Shown: positions 38,790 through 49,951, numbered from the stretch's first letter. The stretch: 50,116 bases of DNA from Prevotellaceae bacterium UBA5903 (GCA_002431845.1 DJEH01000037.1:1-50116), one strand, 5' to 3'. Program-made: numbers and translations. Notes: generated by a model not told the origin, from the sequence alone.

Positions 38790-40928
38790 TTATTTCAAAT
38801 CAAGTTCATCGAGCACATAAGTTGAACCACCAAACTTGTCGATGATGAACAATACGTAGCGGATGTCTACGTTGATACAACGTTGAAGCTGTGGATTAAA
38901 CTTGAGGTCCGAGCTCAAACTCTCAATGTTACCATCGAAGGCCAAACCTATCAATTCGCCCTTGGCATTCATTACTGGCGAACCAGAATTACCACCCGTA
39001 ATATCGTTGTTCGACAAGAAACAAGTGGGCAATTTGCCATCTTCGCGAGCATAGCGGCCAAAGTCCTTAGCCTCATACAATTTGCGAAGCTTCTCGTTGA
39101 TAAAATAGTCGCTTTCAGTGTGACTTTCCTTCTCAAACATACCATCGAGCACTGTGCGCCAATCGTAATAAACGGCATCGCGTGGTTTGAGGTCTGTGAT
39201 GTGGCCATAGGTCATGCGCAACGTAAAGTTGGCATCTGGGGCTTTGCTCCAGTCGTACATCTCGCACAAGCCACGTACATATTTTTTGTCAAGCGCATGA
39301 CGTTTTACATTCAACTCATGCAATCCTGCAAAATTAGCCTTTTCATAATCGCGAAGCGACTTTTGTTGTTTTACCAAGGGATCGTTTTCAAGCACCTCAG
39401 CATTGTTCTTGCTCAAAGCCTCAGCCAAACGGGTGCTATCGGTAAACACGCTATTGGTGTATGCGCTATCAATGAGCGCTTTCCAACTCTTTCCGTCCTT
39501 TAAATAAGACGGAACGGTTGGCAGCTTATGTCCTTTGATGTAATAAGGTGTAAGCAATTCTACCTTGCCCTTATCTATATCTAAATGTAGGGGTTTGATG
39601 CGAGTGTTGTAATAAGCAACAATCGCATTCTTTGCCTTTTCAATGTCCTTATCCTTACCCGCTTTAAGTGCTTGCTTGTAGCTATCAATAAGTTTTATAG
39701 GTGCCGAAAGTTGCTGTGTACCAACGGCTATATTTAGCAAATTGGCATCGTGACTAACATTTGCATATTTAGTGCAAAGAGAGTCGATAGCTTCGATAAC
39801 CCCCTCGTACTCGGTCTTACCTGTTTGTTTTATGAAGCGACGGAACTCGTTTTCTTCGGCCTTTTTAAAGTCGAGCAAGTGGGTTTTCTCCACACTTTCG
39901 TTCATACCGCCAAAGTTCTTCACTGCATTGCCATAAGAGAAGTATGTGTCTTCAAGCAACAAGCGGAGCGAGTCGCTTTGGTCCATCAAACCTTTGTAAT
40001 ACGCAAGGAGTGGGTTGCCCGCAAGCACGATGGGGGCATTCTGACTGTTGCAGCGAAATTCTACTTCGCCCGCAGTTAGATAGCGTGTGGTTCGACCAGG
40101 GAAGCCCATAATCATGGTGTAATCGCCCTTTTCAATGCCCTTTAGCGAGATAGGTAGATACTTTTTTACCTTTAAAGGCACATTGTCTTTGCTATAAGGA
40201 GCTGGGTTGCCATCCTTGTCGGCATAGATACGAAACATGGCAAAGTCGGCGTTTTGACGTGGCCACATCCAATTGTCCGAATTGCCACCAAACTGCCCGA
40301 TGTTGTAAGGTGGGTTGGCCACCAAGCGGATGTCTTCAAAGGTTTGTTGATAGAACAAGTAAAACTGATTGCCACCGAAATAAGGCACGATAAGTGCCGT
40401 TACACCTTTCTTTTTAGCAAGGTCGCTCTTCTTAAACATCTTCTCTGCCAAAGGATCAAGGAAGCCTGTACTTTGCATGGTATATTCGTCTGCCTTTTTC
40501 TTTTTAGCCTCAGCATTTACCTCTTTGGTAACGTCTACAATGCGCAAGATAAAGGTAAACGTAAGGCTCTCTGGTGTACGCAATTCTTCGGCCTTGCTAT
40601 GAGCAAAATAGCCATCTTTCATATAGTCATGACCAATGGCACTCATTTCGTGAACATAGCTAAAGCCACAATGGTGATTGGTTAGTACCAACCCATCGGG
40701 GCTTACCACCTCACCCGTGCAACCACCGCCAAAGATACCTACGCACTCGCGCAACGAGGGCGATGTTTCGCTATACAAAGCCTCAGGAGGCAACTGCAAA
40801 CCTGCTTTGCGAAGCGAGTCTTCAAGGTGTTGTTGCTTCATTAGTTTCAATAGCCACATGCCTTCGTCAGCACGTGCACTGCCCAAGCTCATCACAAGAG
40901 CTAAGCAACATAAAAGTAACTTCTTCAT
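38790..40928 (-). CDS. dpp7: S46 family dipeptidyl peptidase, DPP7-type
   Basis: ADEGMW, TNHHC, NWMWPR, DITGGNSGSP; AFDGN has Gly at the S1 position where DPP11 has Arg. Start 40928 is supported by the signal peptide and a TACCTTTG box at 40966-40973. Confidence 0.85.
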   Translation of the reverse strand: MKKLLLCCLALVMSLGSARADEGMWLLKLMKQQHLEDSLRKAGLQLPPEALYSETSPSLRECVGIFGGGCTGEVVSPDGLVLTNHHCGFSYVHEMSAIGHDYMKDGYFAHSKAEELRTPESLTFTFILRIVDVTKEVNAEAKKKKADEYTMQSTGFLDPLAEKMFKKSDLAKKKGVTALIVPYFGGNQFYLFYQQTFEDIRLVANPPYNIGQFGGNSDNWMWPRQNADFAMFRIYADKDGNPAPYSKDNVPLKVKKYLPISLKGIEKGDYTMIMGFPGRTTRYLTAGEVEFRCNSQNAPIVLAGNPLLAYYKGLMDQSDSLRLLLEDTYFSYGNAVKNFGGMNESVEKTHLLDFKKAEENEFRRFIKQTGKTEYEGVIEAIDSLCTKYANVSHDANLLNIAVGTQQLSAPIKLIDSYKQALKAGKDKDIEKAKNAIVAYYNTRIKPLHLDIDKGKVELLTPYYIKGHKLPTVPSYLKDGKSWKALIDSAYTNSVFTDSTRLAEALSKNNAEVLENDPLVKQQKSLRDYEKANFAGLHELNVKRHALDKKYVRGLCEMYDWSKAPDANFTLRMTYGHITDLKPRDAVYYDWRTVLDGMFEKESHTESDYFINEKLRKLYEAKDFGRYAREDGKLPTCFLSNNDITGGNSGSPVMNAKGELIGLAFDGNIESLSSDLKFNPQLQRCINVDIRYVLFIIDKFGGSTYVLDELDLK

Positions 40929-41057
40929 AAATTGTTGTATTGTTGATTTATGCTTATTTTCAGTGCAAAGGTATAACATTTATCACGATGATTATGCCTT
41001 AAATATAAAAATTGTAACTTTGTACATAAAGTTACACCAACAACACATACAACGACT

Positions 41058-41690
41058 ATGAAACTTATATTTTTCCATGGTTTTGCCTCTTCTGGGGCAT
41101 CAGGAACAGTGCAACTATTGCGCAAAATTCTGCCTTCGGCCGAGGTTATTGCTCCCGATATTCCTGTTGATCCAAGCGAAGCATTGCCCATGTTGCAAAC
41201 ATTGGTAGAAACAGAACAGCCCGACGTAATTATCGGCACAAGCATGGGCGGAATGTACGCACAACAAATGCATGGCTATCTGCGCATTTGTGTTAATCCT
41301 GCTTTCCGCATGTCTACCATGAGCAAAACATTGCGTACTGGCGAGCACAAATGGCTCAATGGGCGCAAAGATAGTGCTAAAACGTTTAAGATTACAGCCG
41401 ATACTATTAAACACTTCAACCAAATGGAGCGGCACCAGTTTGAAGGCATTTCTGCTGCCGACAAAGAGCTATGCTATGGATTGTTTGGCATAAACGATAC
41501 CTTTGTTAATCCCGCAAATGCCTACAATACATTTATGAAATACTATGCACATGGCGAGCGCATTGAAGCAGGCCACGAACTCAACGACAAAGTTTTGCAC
41601 AAATACGTGCTACCACTCCTAAAACAACTATTGGGCAATAAATACGAAGAAGCTATTAAAGAGCCTCTACCCGACTACATGAAGTACTAA
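41058..41690 (+). CDS. YqiA/YcfP (UPF0227) alpha/beta-hydrolase esterase
   Basis: FFHGFASSG, GTSMGG nucleophile elbow, VNPA, GHEL. Confidence 0.85.
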   Translation: MKLIFFHGFASSGASGTVQLLRKILPSAEVIAPDIPVDPSEALPMLQTLVETEQPDVIIGTSMGGMYAQQMHGYLRICVNPAFRMSTMSKTLRTGEHKWLNGRKDSAKTFKITADTIKHFNQMERHQFEGISAADKELCYGLFGINDTFVNPANAYNTFMKYYAHGERIEAGHELNDKVLHKYVLPLLKQLLGNKYEEAIKEPLPDYMKY

Positions 41691-41775
41691 CGCTGTTTAG
41701 CAAATCCATATTGAAGCAAGTGTGTAAAGATTTTAATGAGCCAATAACACTCATTCTTTACGCACTTGTTTTTTA

Positions 41776-41848
41776 TAAGTAGGTGTTCAAAATTCATATC
41801 AATTAATATTGGACTTAATTATATAATTTAATTTTGAATGCCTACTTA
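41776..41848. mobile_element. 73-bp MITE-like element just downstream of a terminator
   Basis: TAAGTAGGTGTTCAAAATT...AATTTTGAATGCCTACTTA; inverted homolog of 5588-5660. Confidence 0.8.
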
Positions 41849-41939
41849 TTTCGGCTTCTATCAAGATAAAAAAGCACGAATTGCTTATTTATGCACACAC
41901 TTAGTTTTAAGCTTTGCTTAAATAAGTTATCTTTGCAAT

Positions 41940-44900
41940 ATGAAGAAACTTAAGAAAGTGCTAAAGTGGAGCGCTATTGCTTTAGTATCGCCTATTGCAT
42001 TGTTCCTCTTATTAGCTATATTAGTATACATACCTCCCATTCAAAACTTTGTTGTACACAAAGTTGCCGAAAATATGTCGGAGCGGATGGGAATGAACAT
42101 AAGCATTGACAAGGTAAGATTGGCCTTTCCTCTCGACCTTGCCATTCACCACATGACGGCTATTGAAAAAGGCGACACACTGATTAACGCAAACCATATG
42201 CGCCTTAACGTAAGGTTGCTTCCTTTGTTTAAAGGGCGAGCCGACATAGACGGCTTTAGCCTTTATGGATTGCAACTTGACACCAAGAGCTACATCTCTG
42301 ACACACACATCAAAGGCATAGCAGAAGAGCTAACCGCAACGAGTCATGGCATTGAGTGGGAAAAGGAATATGTTAATATCAACCATGCTCATTTGCGCGA
42401 TGCTAACTTTATGGTAGCCCTAAGCGATACGGCACAAAAAGATACTACTGAAAGCAAAGCTAAGTGGAAAATTAATGTGGCGAAAGCCAATATTGAACGG
42501 TCTAAAATACGGCTTTCAATGCCTGGCGATAGCATGCGTATCTACGCTAATTTAGCTAAAGTCTCTCTGCACAATGGTGTGTTTGATACTGGCAAGAACG
42601 ATTATGCCGTTCAGTCATTGCAACTCCGTTCGTGCGATATTAACTACGACTTGCCCTACATAAAGCCCTCTCGTGGACTTGACATTAACCATCTCGGTAT
42701 TAGCCAACTTACGTTACTCCTTGACACTCTCAGCTACAACCATCAAGGTACGCTGCGAGCTGGCGTACGTGCACTTTCGCTCAGAGAGAAGTGTGGATTG
42801 AATGTGGTTAAACTCAAAGGTGGAGTGTATATGGACACCGCTCAGTTGCGTCTGCCAGCTTTAACTATTCGCACTTCGGAATCAAACATTACAGCACAGG
42901 TTGCATTTGACTTTCGTTCATTCAGCACAGGACAAGGCGGACATTGCAAGGCTTATATCAATGCCAATATTGGCAACAAAGACATCCGTAACATTGGTCA
43001 AGCCTATTTAAATAAGCAATATCTAAGCATGTTGCCCACACAGCCACTTATGGTTAAAGGGGTTGTTATGGGCAATATTGACCATCTTAACCTTGCGGAT
43101 TTAAGCATTAAAGTGCCTTCTGTGGCTCAACTTTCAGCCCATGGATATGTGCGCAATGTATTAAAAAATTGGCGTAGTGGAAAGGTTAATTACAACTTGC
43201 AAACACAAAATCTTTCGCTCGTTCGGCGCATTGTTCCGCCCTCTCTTAGTAGTACAATCAACATTCCTAATGGCATTTCATCAAAAGGGTGGATAAGTTT
43301 TCGTGGCAACGCATACGAGGCTTACATCAAAGCCTTTTGTGGTAAAGGTAACATCACTGCTAAGGCACGCACAAACCTTAAACAAGAGAGCTATCAACTT
43401 GCAGCCATCGCACGCAATTTTCCTATCTCAACGATTGTTAAAGGCATACCACTGAGTCCATTTACAGGAAAAATACAAGCCTCAGGCCGTGGTTTCAATG
43501 TGCTATCGCCATCAGCATCGCTCAATGCACAAGCCAGCATCAATGCGCTTGCCTACCAAAGTTACAATTTAAGTGGCATTTCGCTTCGTGCTCAATTGCA
43601 ACAAGGCAAGGCTGTAGCACACTTTGTGGCTAACAATCCGTTGCTACAAGGCACGGGCAAAGTAAATGCCATTTTAGGGCGAAACTTGTATGATATTGCA
43701 CTCAATGTAGAGTTGCCCGAACTTGATTTACGCAAGTTGGGCATACTCTCTGACACGCTAACTATGGGCACCACCATTCAGCTTAAAGGCCAAACCAACA
43801 AGGCTTTTACAGCCTATGCGCTTAATGGTAGCATCACAAACAACCACTTTACAACGCCCACGATGAGTGTCATGGCCAAGGATATTTACTTTGACCTTAA
43901 CACCAATGCCGATACTACAACAGCCTTTGTATCGGCAGGCGACTTACGCTTGCGCATGGCTTCGAAAGGGAACATTCCTTACCTTTCGGCACGTCTTAAC
44001 CGCTTTGTTACAGAACTTTCAAAACAGGCTAAAAACTATAACATTGACCAAAAAAAGCTCAAAACGCTCTTGCCCTCTATGTCGTTTATGGTGGATGCCG
44101 GACGCGACAATCCGCTCTACAACATTGCTCGCATGAAAGGTTATGCCTTTAATTCTGCCATGATACACCTACACACACATCCCCTAACAGGAGTGAATGG
44201 TGATGCACGTATGGGCGGGCTCAGCATGGGTGCACTCTTGCTCGATACCATCAATACACATATCTACCAAGACAGCACCGGCGTGCAAATGGCAGGACTT
44301 GTTAAGAACAACAAGAAGAACCCCAATCCACTTGAAATAAAAGCCAAATCATACTTGATGAAATCGGGTGCAGGCATAGAACTTACCTATTTCGATAGCG
44401 AGGGCGAAAGGGGTGTAGACGTTGGCTTGCAAGCGCTTTTACAAGAGGATGGCATCAACATTCACCTCTATCCGCAGCACCCCATATTGGCCTATCGAAA
44501 CTTTACGGTCAATAAGGATAACTTCATATTTCTTGGAAACAACAAGAGCATACGGGCCGACGTTGATCTGTTAGCAGACGATGGAACGGGCTTGAAAATT
44601 TATGGCGAACCCAACGACACGGTGAACGATATTACACTCAGTATTAACCAAGTTAATCTTGGTGAACTATCAACCGTATTGCCCTATATGCCCAAACTTA
44701 ATGGTATGCTTAGTGGCGATATTCACATCACAGACAACTGGCACAACAAGCAAATGTCTGCCATGGCTTCGCTCAATGCCAACAACTTTAGCTATGAGGA
44801 CATGCCGCTTGGTAATGTGGGTATCGACGCTATTTACTTGCCTAAAACAGGGGGCGAACACCATGCATCTGCCTTTATCAGTTCTAACGACGAAGAGGTA

Positions 44901-46508
44901 TTGGCTTGCAACGGCACCTATTACGATAAGAATGGTGGACACTTTGAAGGCAATGCACAACTGCACGACTTTCCACTGCAAATGCTCAACGGCTTTATGG
45001 TTGGCACTGACGTAGCACTTAAAGGTATTGCGGCAGGCGATCTAAACGTGAATGGTACTTTTGACAAACCATCTATCAATGGTACACTCAACCTTGATTC
45101 GGCTCATATCTACTCAGACGTGTATGGTTTTGACTTTGTTACAGACAATCGTGCTGTTAATATCAACAATAGCAAAATCGTATTTAACAACTATAATCTC
45201 TACTCTACAGGCAAAAATCCACTGGTACTTAACGGCACTTTTGATATGTCAAACTTCGAACACATGCGCATGGACTTTGCGATGAAAGCCGATAACTTTG
45301 AGCTTATCAACACACGCAAAAAGGCTCAGTCTATGCTGTTTGGAAAAGTTTACGCCAACTATCTTGGCACACTCAAAGGCACCACAGACAACCTGTCGTT
45401 GCGCGGCAAACTTGAAATTCTTGACCGAACTGATGTTACCTATATCTTGAAGGATTCTCCCCTATCAGTAGACGACCGTTTGCACGACCTTGTGCAATTT
45501 ACCAACTTTGCTGACACCACTACAAACGAGGAGACAAAGGCCATTTCGCCCACTGGCATTGACCTTACACTGGGCATATCTATTAGCGATGCAGCCTTGT
45601 TCCACTGCAATCTTAGCAACGATGGACAAAGTTATGTAAACCTTGAAGGAGGGGGCGACCTCACACTGCGCATGACGCAACAAGGCGATATGCGCATGAC
45701 CGGACGCTTTACTACAAATAGTGGCGAAATGAAATATCAGCTACCTGTCATACCGCTCAAAACATTTAACATTGTACAAGGTTCGTACGTTGAATTTACT
45801 GGCGACGTGATGAACCCAACGCTTAATATTGAAGCTAAAGAGCGAACAAAAGCACTTGTTAGTGAAGACGACAAACCACGATCTGTGGCTTTTAATGTTG
45901 GTGTGAAACTAACTAAGCCTCTCAAAGATATGGGACTTGAGTTCACCATCGAAGCTCCCGAAGACCTTAATGTTCAAAACCAATTGGCGGCAATGTCTAC
46001 CGAACAACGTGGCAAAGCAGCTGTCACAATGATGGCTACTGGCATGTACATGACCGATGAAACCATGATGTCGGGCTCTGGCTTTAAAGCAAACAATGCC
46101 CTCAATGCCTTTTTACAAAACGAAATACAAAACATTGCTGGCTCTGCACTCAAAACCATTGACATAAACCTTGGAGTTGAAAGTGGCACTTCACAAACAG
46201 GAACTTCAACAACCGACTACTCTTTCCAATTTGCCAAACGCTTTTGGGGTAATCGCATCAGTGTTATTATTGGTGGCAAGGTATCAACGGGTGCTGACGC
46301 TACAAACTCTGCCGAGAGTTTCATTAACAACATCTCTGTTGAATACCGACTCGACCAGGGTGCCACTCGCTATGTCAAATGTTTCTACGACCGCAATACG
46401 CAAGATCCACTCGAAGGACAACTCACTAAGACGGGTGTAGGCCTTGTGTTGCGACGCAAAACCGACCGCCTTGGCGAACTCTTTATCTTTAAAAAGAAGA
46501 AGAAATAA
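41940..46508 (+). CDS. tamB: Translocation/assembly module TamB
   Basis: N-terminal anchor (LLAILVYIPPIQN), long beta-taco region, C-terminal DUF490-like domain (FTGDVMNPTLNI); adjacent to an Omp85 gene. Confidence 0.85.
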   Translation: MKKLKKVLKWSAIALVSPIALFLLLAILVYIPPIQNFVVHKVAENMSERMGMNISIDKVRLAFPLDLAIHHMTAIEKGDTLINANHMRLNVRLLPLFKGRADIDGFSLYGLQLDTKSYISDTHIKGIAEELTATSHGIEWEKEYVNINHAHLRDANFMVALSDTAQKDTTESKAKWKINVAKANIERSKIRLSMPGDSMRIYANLAKVSLHNGVFDTGKNDYAVQSLQLRSCDINYDLPYIKPSRGLDINHLGISQLTLLLDTLSYNHQGTLRAGVRALSLREKCGLNVVKLKGGVYMDTAQLRLPALTIRTSESNITAQVAFDFRSFSTGQGGHCKAYINANIGNKDIRNIGQAYLNKQYLSMLPTQPLMVKGVVMGNIDHLNLADLSIKVPSVAQLSAHGYVRNVLKNWRSGKVNYNLQTQNLSLVRRIVPPSLSSTINIPNGISSKGWISFRGNAYEAYIKAFCGKGNITAKARTNLKQESYQLAAIARNFPISTIVKGIPLSPFTGKIQASGRGFNVLSPSASLNAQASINALAYQSYNLSGISLRAQLQQGKAVAHFVANNPLLQGTGKVNAILGRNLYDIALNVELPELDLRKLGILSDTLTMGTTIQLKGQTNKAFTAYALNGSITNNHFTTPTMSVMAKDIYFDLNTNADTTTAFVSAGDLRLRMASKGNIPYLSARLNRFVTELSKQAKNYNIDQKKLKTLLPSMSFMVDAGRDNPLYNIARMKGYAFNSAMIHLHTHPLTGVNGDARMGGLSMGALLLDTINTHIYQDSTGVQMAGLVKNNKKNPNPLEIKAKSYLMKSGAGIELTYFDSEGERGVDVGLQALLQEDGINIHLYPQHPILAYRNFTVNKDNFIFLGNNKSIRADVDLLADDGTGLKIYGEPNDTVNDITLSINQVNLGELSTVLPYMPKLNGMLSGDIHITDNWHNKQMSAMASLNANNFSYEDMPLGNVGIDAIYLPKTGGEHHASAFISSNDEEVLACNGTYYDKNGGHFEGNAQLHDFPLQMLNGFMVGTDVALKGIAAGDLNVNGTFDKPSINGTLNLDSAHIYSDVYGFDFVTDNRAVNINNSKIVFNNYNLYSTGKNPLVLNGTFDMSNFEHMRMDFAMKADNFELINTRKKAQSMLFGKVYANYLGTLKGTTDNLSLRGKLEILDRTDVTYILKDSPLSVDDRLHDLVQFTNFADTTTNEETKAISPTGIDLTLGISISDAALFHCNLSNDGQSYVNLEGGGDLTLRMTQQGDMRMTGRFTTNSGEMKYQLPVIPLKTFNIVQGSYVEFTGDVMNPTLNIEAKERTKALVSEDDKPRSVAFNVGVKLTKPLKDMGLEFTIEAPEDLNVQNQLAAMSTEQRGKAAVTMMATGMYMTDETMMSGSGFKANNALNAFLQNEIQNIAGSALKTIDINLGVESGTSQTGTSTTDYSFQFAKRFWGNRISVIIGGKVSTGADATNSAESFINNISVEYRLDQGATRYVKCFYDRNTQDPLEGQLTKTGVGLVLRRKTDRLGELFIFKKKKK

Positions 46509-46566
46509 GGCTCGTTTTACTTGCCTTTAACGCACACTTTCTTACACACTAACGCTACCAATATCC

Positions 46567-49062
46567 ATGCATTCTATGCGTAAACATATTCTTTTTATAG
46601 CCACAATATGCCTCATTATGTTTGCTTTTGCAGCCTGTTCCACCACCAGGTCTATACCCGATGACGAACAGCTCTATACGGGCATTGACCACATAAGCTA
46701 TCAAGACAATCCTGCCGACTTGTGGAAAAAGAAACGCGACTCTGTAGGTGTTATCACAGCCGTAGCCAATGCCGTAAACAAACTTAACAAGGTGATTGAG
46801 GGCACATCTACTCTGAGCATTGATTCGCTCCTAATAAAGAACAAAAATCAACTCACCAAAGAAGAACGTAAGGCGCAAAAGCAAGCACGTAAGCAAACAC
46901 TTGCCGACTTTTCTACCGCACGCGAGGAGGTTGAAGCCGTATTAGCTTATCCACCCAACAACGCTATATTTGGCTCATCATCCATGAGTTGGCCTTGGAA
47001 AATAGGGCTTTGGTTACATAATGGACTATACGATGCTAAAGGCAAATTAGGCAAATGGATATACCAAAAGTTTGCTACAGACCCAGTACTAATAAGCCAA
47101 GTCAGTCCTGAAATGCGTGCCAAAGTAGCCACTAACACACTGCATAATTATGGCTACTTCCATGGCAAAGTAAACTATAACATACTCTCTGAAAAGAACC
47201 CCAAAAAGGCTAAGATAGCCTACAATGTATATGCAGGCCAACTCTACAGGCTTGACTCTATTGCCTATATTAATTACCCAAGCTCTATCGACAGCATCCT
47301 GCGTGCCAACAACAAAGAACGCTTGTTGCAAAAGAACGATGCTTTCAGCGTAGTTAAACTTGCCAACGAGCAAACGCGCATAGAGACCCTACTGCGCAAC
47401 AACGGCTACTATTACTATGCCGCTGCCAACACCACTTATAAGGCAGATACATTACAGCGCAAAAACTATGTTCAGTTGCGCATTATGCCTATTGCCAACC
47501 TAAACGAAAAAGCTACCCACCCTTGGTACATAGGACATACATACGTGAGTGTGCGTAACTATGACAACGAACCACTTGAGCAACAACGCACGTTCAGAAA
47601 CTACACATTCAGCTACTCTGGCAAGAAAATGCCCCTACGTGCTAACATGTGGCTTCACGCCATTACGCAGCGCAAGGGTGAACGTTACAGTCTATCACAG
47701 CAGCAAACCACCCTCGAAAAGATTGGGCAAATGGGTGTACTAAGCCAAATGGATGTAAGCTATGTGCCACGCGACACTTCGGCCACTTGCGACACACTCG
47801 ACATGGTGGTAACAGCCGTTATGGACAAGCTCTACGACTCTACCTTTGAGATGAACGCCACGATGAAAAGCAACCAACAAGTGGGTCCTGGCATCAGTTA
47901 CGAACTTGCCAAGCGCAATGCCTTTAGAGGTGCTGAGAAGGTATCATTCAAAATTTTTGGTTCTTATGAATGGCAAACTGGAGCTGGTTCACAAGGTAGC
48001 AATTCCCTACTCAACTCCTACGAACTTGGCACACAATTATCGTTTAAGTTTCCACGTTTTGTGTTTCCTGGCATCAGCAGACGTAAAGTGCGTTTCCCAG
48101 CATCTACCCAGTTTGCTCTTGATGCCGATTGGAGAAATCGCTCAAAGTTTTTCAATATGCTTAGTTTAGGCCTAAGTGCCAACTACCATTGGTACAAGCG
48201 CGAAACCGCACAGCACGACCTCACACTCTTCAGTCTTGATTTCGACCGACTAAACCACACTACTCACACATTCGACTCTATCATGTCTGCCAATCCAGCA
48301 CTCTATGTGTCTATGCGCAACCAGTTTGTACCTTCGCTCTCTTACACCTTTACCTATCAAAGTCGTAGTTGGCGCAAAGCCCCTTGGTGGGTTCAACTCT
48401 CTGTGAAAGAGGCTGGCAACATCACGTCGGGTATCTATGCCATTTGCGGTCAGTCGCTTAATAAAAAGAATAAAGAACTACTTGGAAACCCCTTTGCACA
48501 ATACATAAAATTCACAGCCGAGGCACATAAGCTCTTTAAATTCACCCAAAGCCTGCAATTGGCTACAAGGCTCTTTGGAGGCATTATCTATAGCTACGGC
48601 AATAGCTTTTCAGCTCCCTATTCCGATCAATTTTATGTGGGTGGAGCCAATAGCGTGCGTGCATTCACCGTACGCTCTTTAGGCCCTGGCAGCTATCGTC
48701 CTGCAAACACTAAGTACGCCTATATTGACCAAACGGGCGACTTTAAGCTCGAAGCTAATGCCGAATTGCGTGCCCGTTTGTTTGGCGACTTACATGGAGC
48801 CATCTTCCTTGATGCAGGCAACGTATGGACCTTGCGTCAGGATGCGCAGCGCCCTGGTTCGCAGATTACGCTTAGCACGCTCAAAAACATAGCTCTCGGA
48901 ACAGGCGTGGGTATTCGCTACGACCTTGATTTTCTTGTATTGCGTCTTGACATGGGCATTGCCTTGCATGCTCCTTATCAAACAAGCAAAAATGGCTTTT
49001 ACAACATTGAGCGATTTAAAGACGGACTTGGCATCCACTTTGCCATAGGATACCCCTTCTAA
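46567..49062 (+). CDS. BamA/TamA family Omp85 lipoprotein (TamL-like)
   Basis: Lipobox FAAC; POTRA motifs NYGYF and NNGYY; FYVGGANSVRAF, FLDAGNVW; C-terminal HFAIGYPF. Confidence 0.88.
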   Translation: MHSMRKHILFIATICLIMFAFAACSTTRSIPDDEQLYTGIDHISYQDNPADLWKKKRDSVGVITAVANAVNKLNKVIEGTSTLSIDSLLIKNKNQLTKEERKAQKQARKQTLADFSTAREEVEAVLAYPPNNAIFGSSSMSWPWKIGLWLHNGLYDAKGKLGKWIYQKFATDPVLISQVSPEMRAKVATNTLHNYGYFHGKVNYNILSEKNPKKAKIAYNVYAGQLYRLDSIAYINYPSSIDSILRANNKERLLQKNDAFSVVKLANEQTRIETLLRNNGYYYYAAANTTYKADTLQRKNYVQLRIMPIANLNEKATHPWYIGHTYVSVRNYDNEPLEQQRTFRNYTFSYSGKKMPLRANMWLHAITQRKGERYSLSQQQTTLEKIGQMGVLSQMDVSYVPRDTSATCDTLDMVVTAVMDKLYDSTFEMNATMKSNQQVGPGISYELAKRNAFRGAEKVSFKIFGSYEWQTGAGSQGSNSLLNSYELGTQLSFKFPRFVFPGISRRKVRFPASTQFALDADWRNRSKFFNMLSLGLSANYHWYKRETAQHDLTLFSLDFDRLNHTTHTFDSIMSANPALYVSMRNQFVPSLSYTFTYQSRSWRKAPWWVQLSVKEAGNITSGIYAICGQSLNKKNKELLGNPFAQYIKFTAEAHKLFKFTQSLQLATRLFGGIIYSYGNSFSAPYSDQFYVGGANSVRAFTVRSLGPGSYRPANTKYAYIDQTGDFKLEANAELRARLFGDLHGAIFLDAGNVWTLRQDAQRPGSQITLSTLKNIALGTGVGIRYDLDFLVLRLDMGIALHAPYQTSKNGFYNIERFKDGLGIHFAIGYPF

Positions 49063-49104
49063 GTAGGTCTACGTTAATTGATATGAATTTTGAACACCTA
49101 CTTA
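49060..49104. mobile_element. 45-bp deleted MITE-like element whose first 3 nt are the TAA stop of the Omp85 gene
   Basis: TAAGTAGGT...TTAATTGATATGAATTTTGAACACCTACTTA. Confidence 0.78.
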
Positions 49105-49231
49105 ACAATTAGTTATCACCTAAGGATTTCACTTCATTACACCCCCAACAAACAAGCATCGATAGCCCACATACTTATTGGTACTATCGATGCTTGCTCT
49201 ATTTATTTATTAATTCGTTTTCAAGCCACTG

Positions 49232-49951
49232 CTATCTTATCGTGTCAGAATGAGTTGCATTATGCTCAGTTGTAGTAGCTGGAGTGGCGGTTTCAGTTTC
49301 GTCTTTTTCATCGTTTTGCTGCGCTTCTTCGGCACGTTTGCGGCGTTGCCAATAGAGCCAACGAGCATGGCGAACCGAATCTTGTATGCGCATGCTATCT
49401 TCGTGAGTAAGACCTGGAGGAGTTGTATCTATCGGTTGTTTGGGCACATTAACTATAGTGTCTGCAGCCACTGCCGGCTTAGGTTCGGCATTGTTCCAAT
49501 TGCCTATGTAGTTGCGCCAATACGGATAGGTAGCCCCCATTGCCACAAGAATAATAAACAGCAACACCCACAATCCATAACGCTTCAATAGCTTTTTTAC
49601 CTTCGCAACTCTATGTCGTGGCTTCTTTACCTTTACCGAAACCGATACTTCTGCATCGTCTGTCGAACGAAGTTCATTACGCTCTTCGGGTAAGTCGGGA
49701 TGTGGTTGTTCTATCGCATCCACAGGCTCTTGCTGTTCGGTATTTTCGGTTTCAGTTTGTTGTTGCGAAGCCGCTGTATAAGTATAACCCACCGGCAATC
49801 GAGGCGGAATATTGGTTGTGCTGCTCTCACTTCGAGCAAAACCTAACGAACGCAAGTGGGGTTCGTTGGCATGTATAGGTTGCTTTTCAACATCTTGATG
49901 ATCGTTGTTGGCAAGCCCCTCTATATTTGATTTTTTATTGTTATCTTCCAT
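49232..49951 (-). CDS. Hypothetical single-pass membrane protein
   Basis: 240-codon ORF with a low-complexity acidic N-terminus and one TM (YGLWVLLFIILVAMGA); TAACTTTG box upstream at 49978-49985. Confidence 0.65.
   Translation of the reverse strand: MEDNNKKSNIEGLANNDHQDVEKQPIHANEPHLRSLGFARSESSTTNIPPRLPVGYTYTAASQQQTETENTEQQEPVDAIEQPHPDLPEERNELRSTDDAEVSVSVKVKKPRHRVAKVKKLLKRYGLWVLLFIILVAMGATYPYWRNYIGNWNNAEPKPAVAADTIVNVPKQPIDTTPPGLTHEDSMRIQDSVRHARWLYWQRRKRAEEAQQNDEKDETETATPATTTEHNATHSDTIR

Noticed and set aside
49090..49275. 61-aa ORF after the Omp85 gene
   Set aside because: It starts inside the MITE and runs through a terminator hairpin into the convergent gene.
349..49878. Numerous 60-200 aa ORFs nested in or antisense to long genes
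   Set aside because: They are shadow frames of well-supported CDSs and carry no recognisable motifs.
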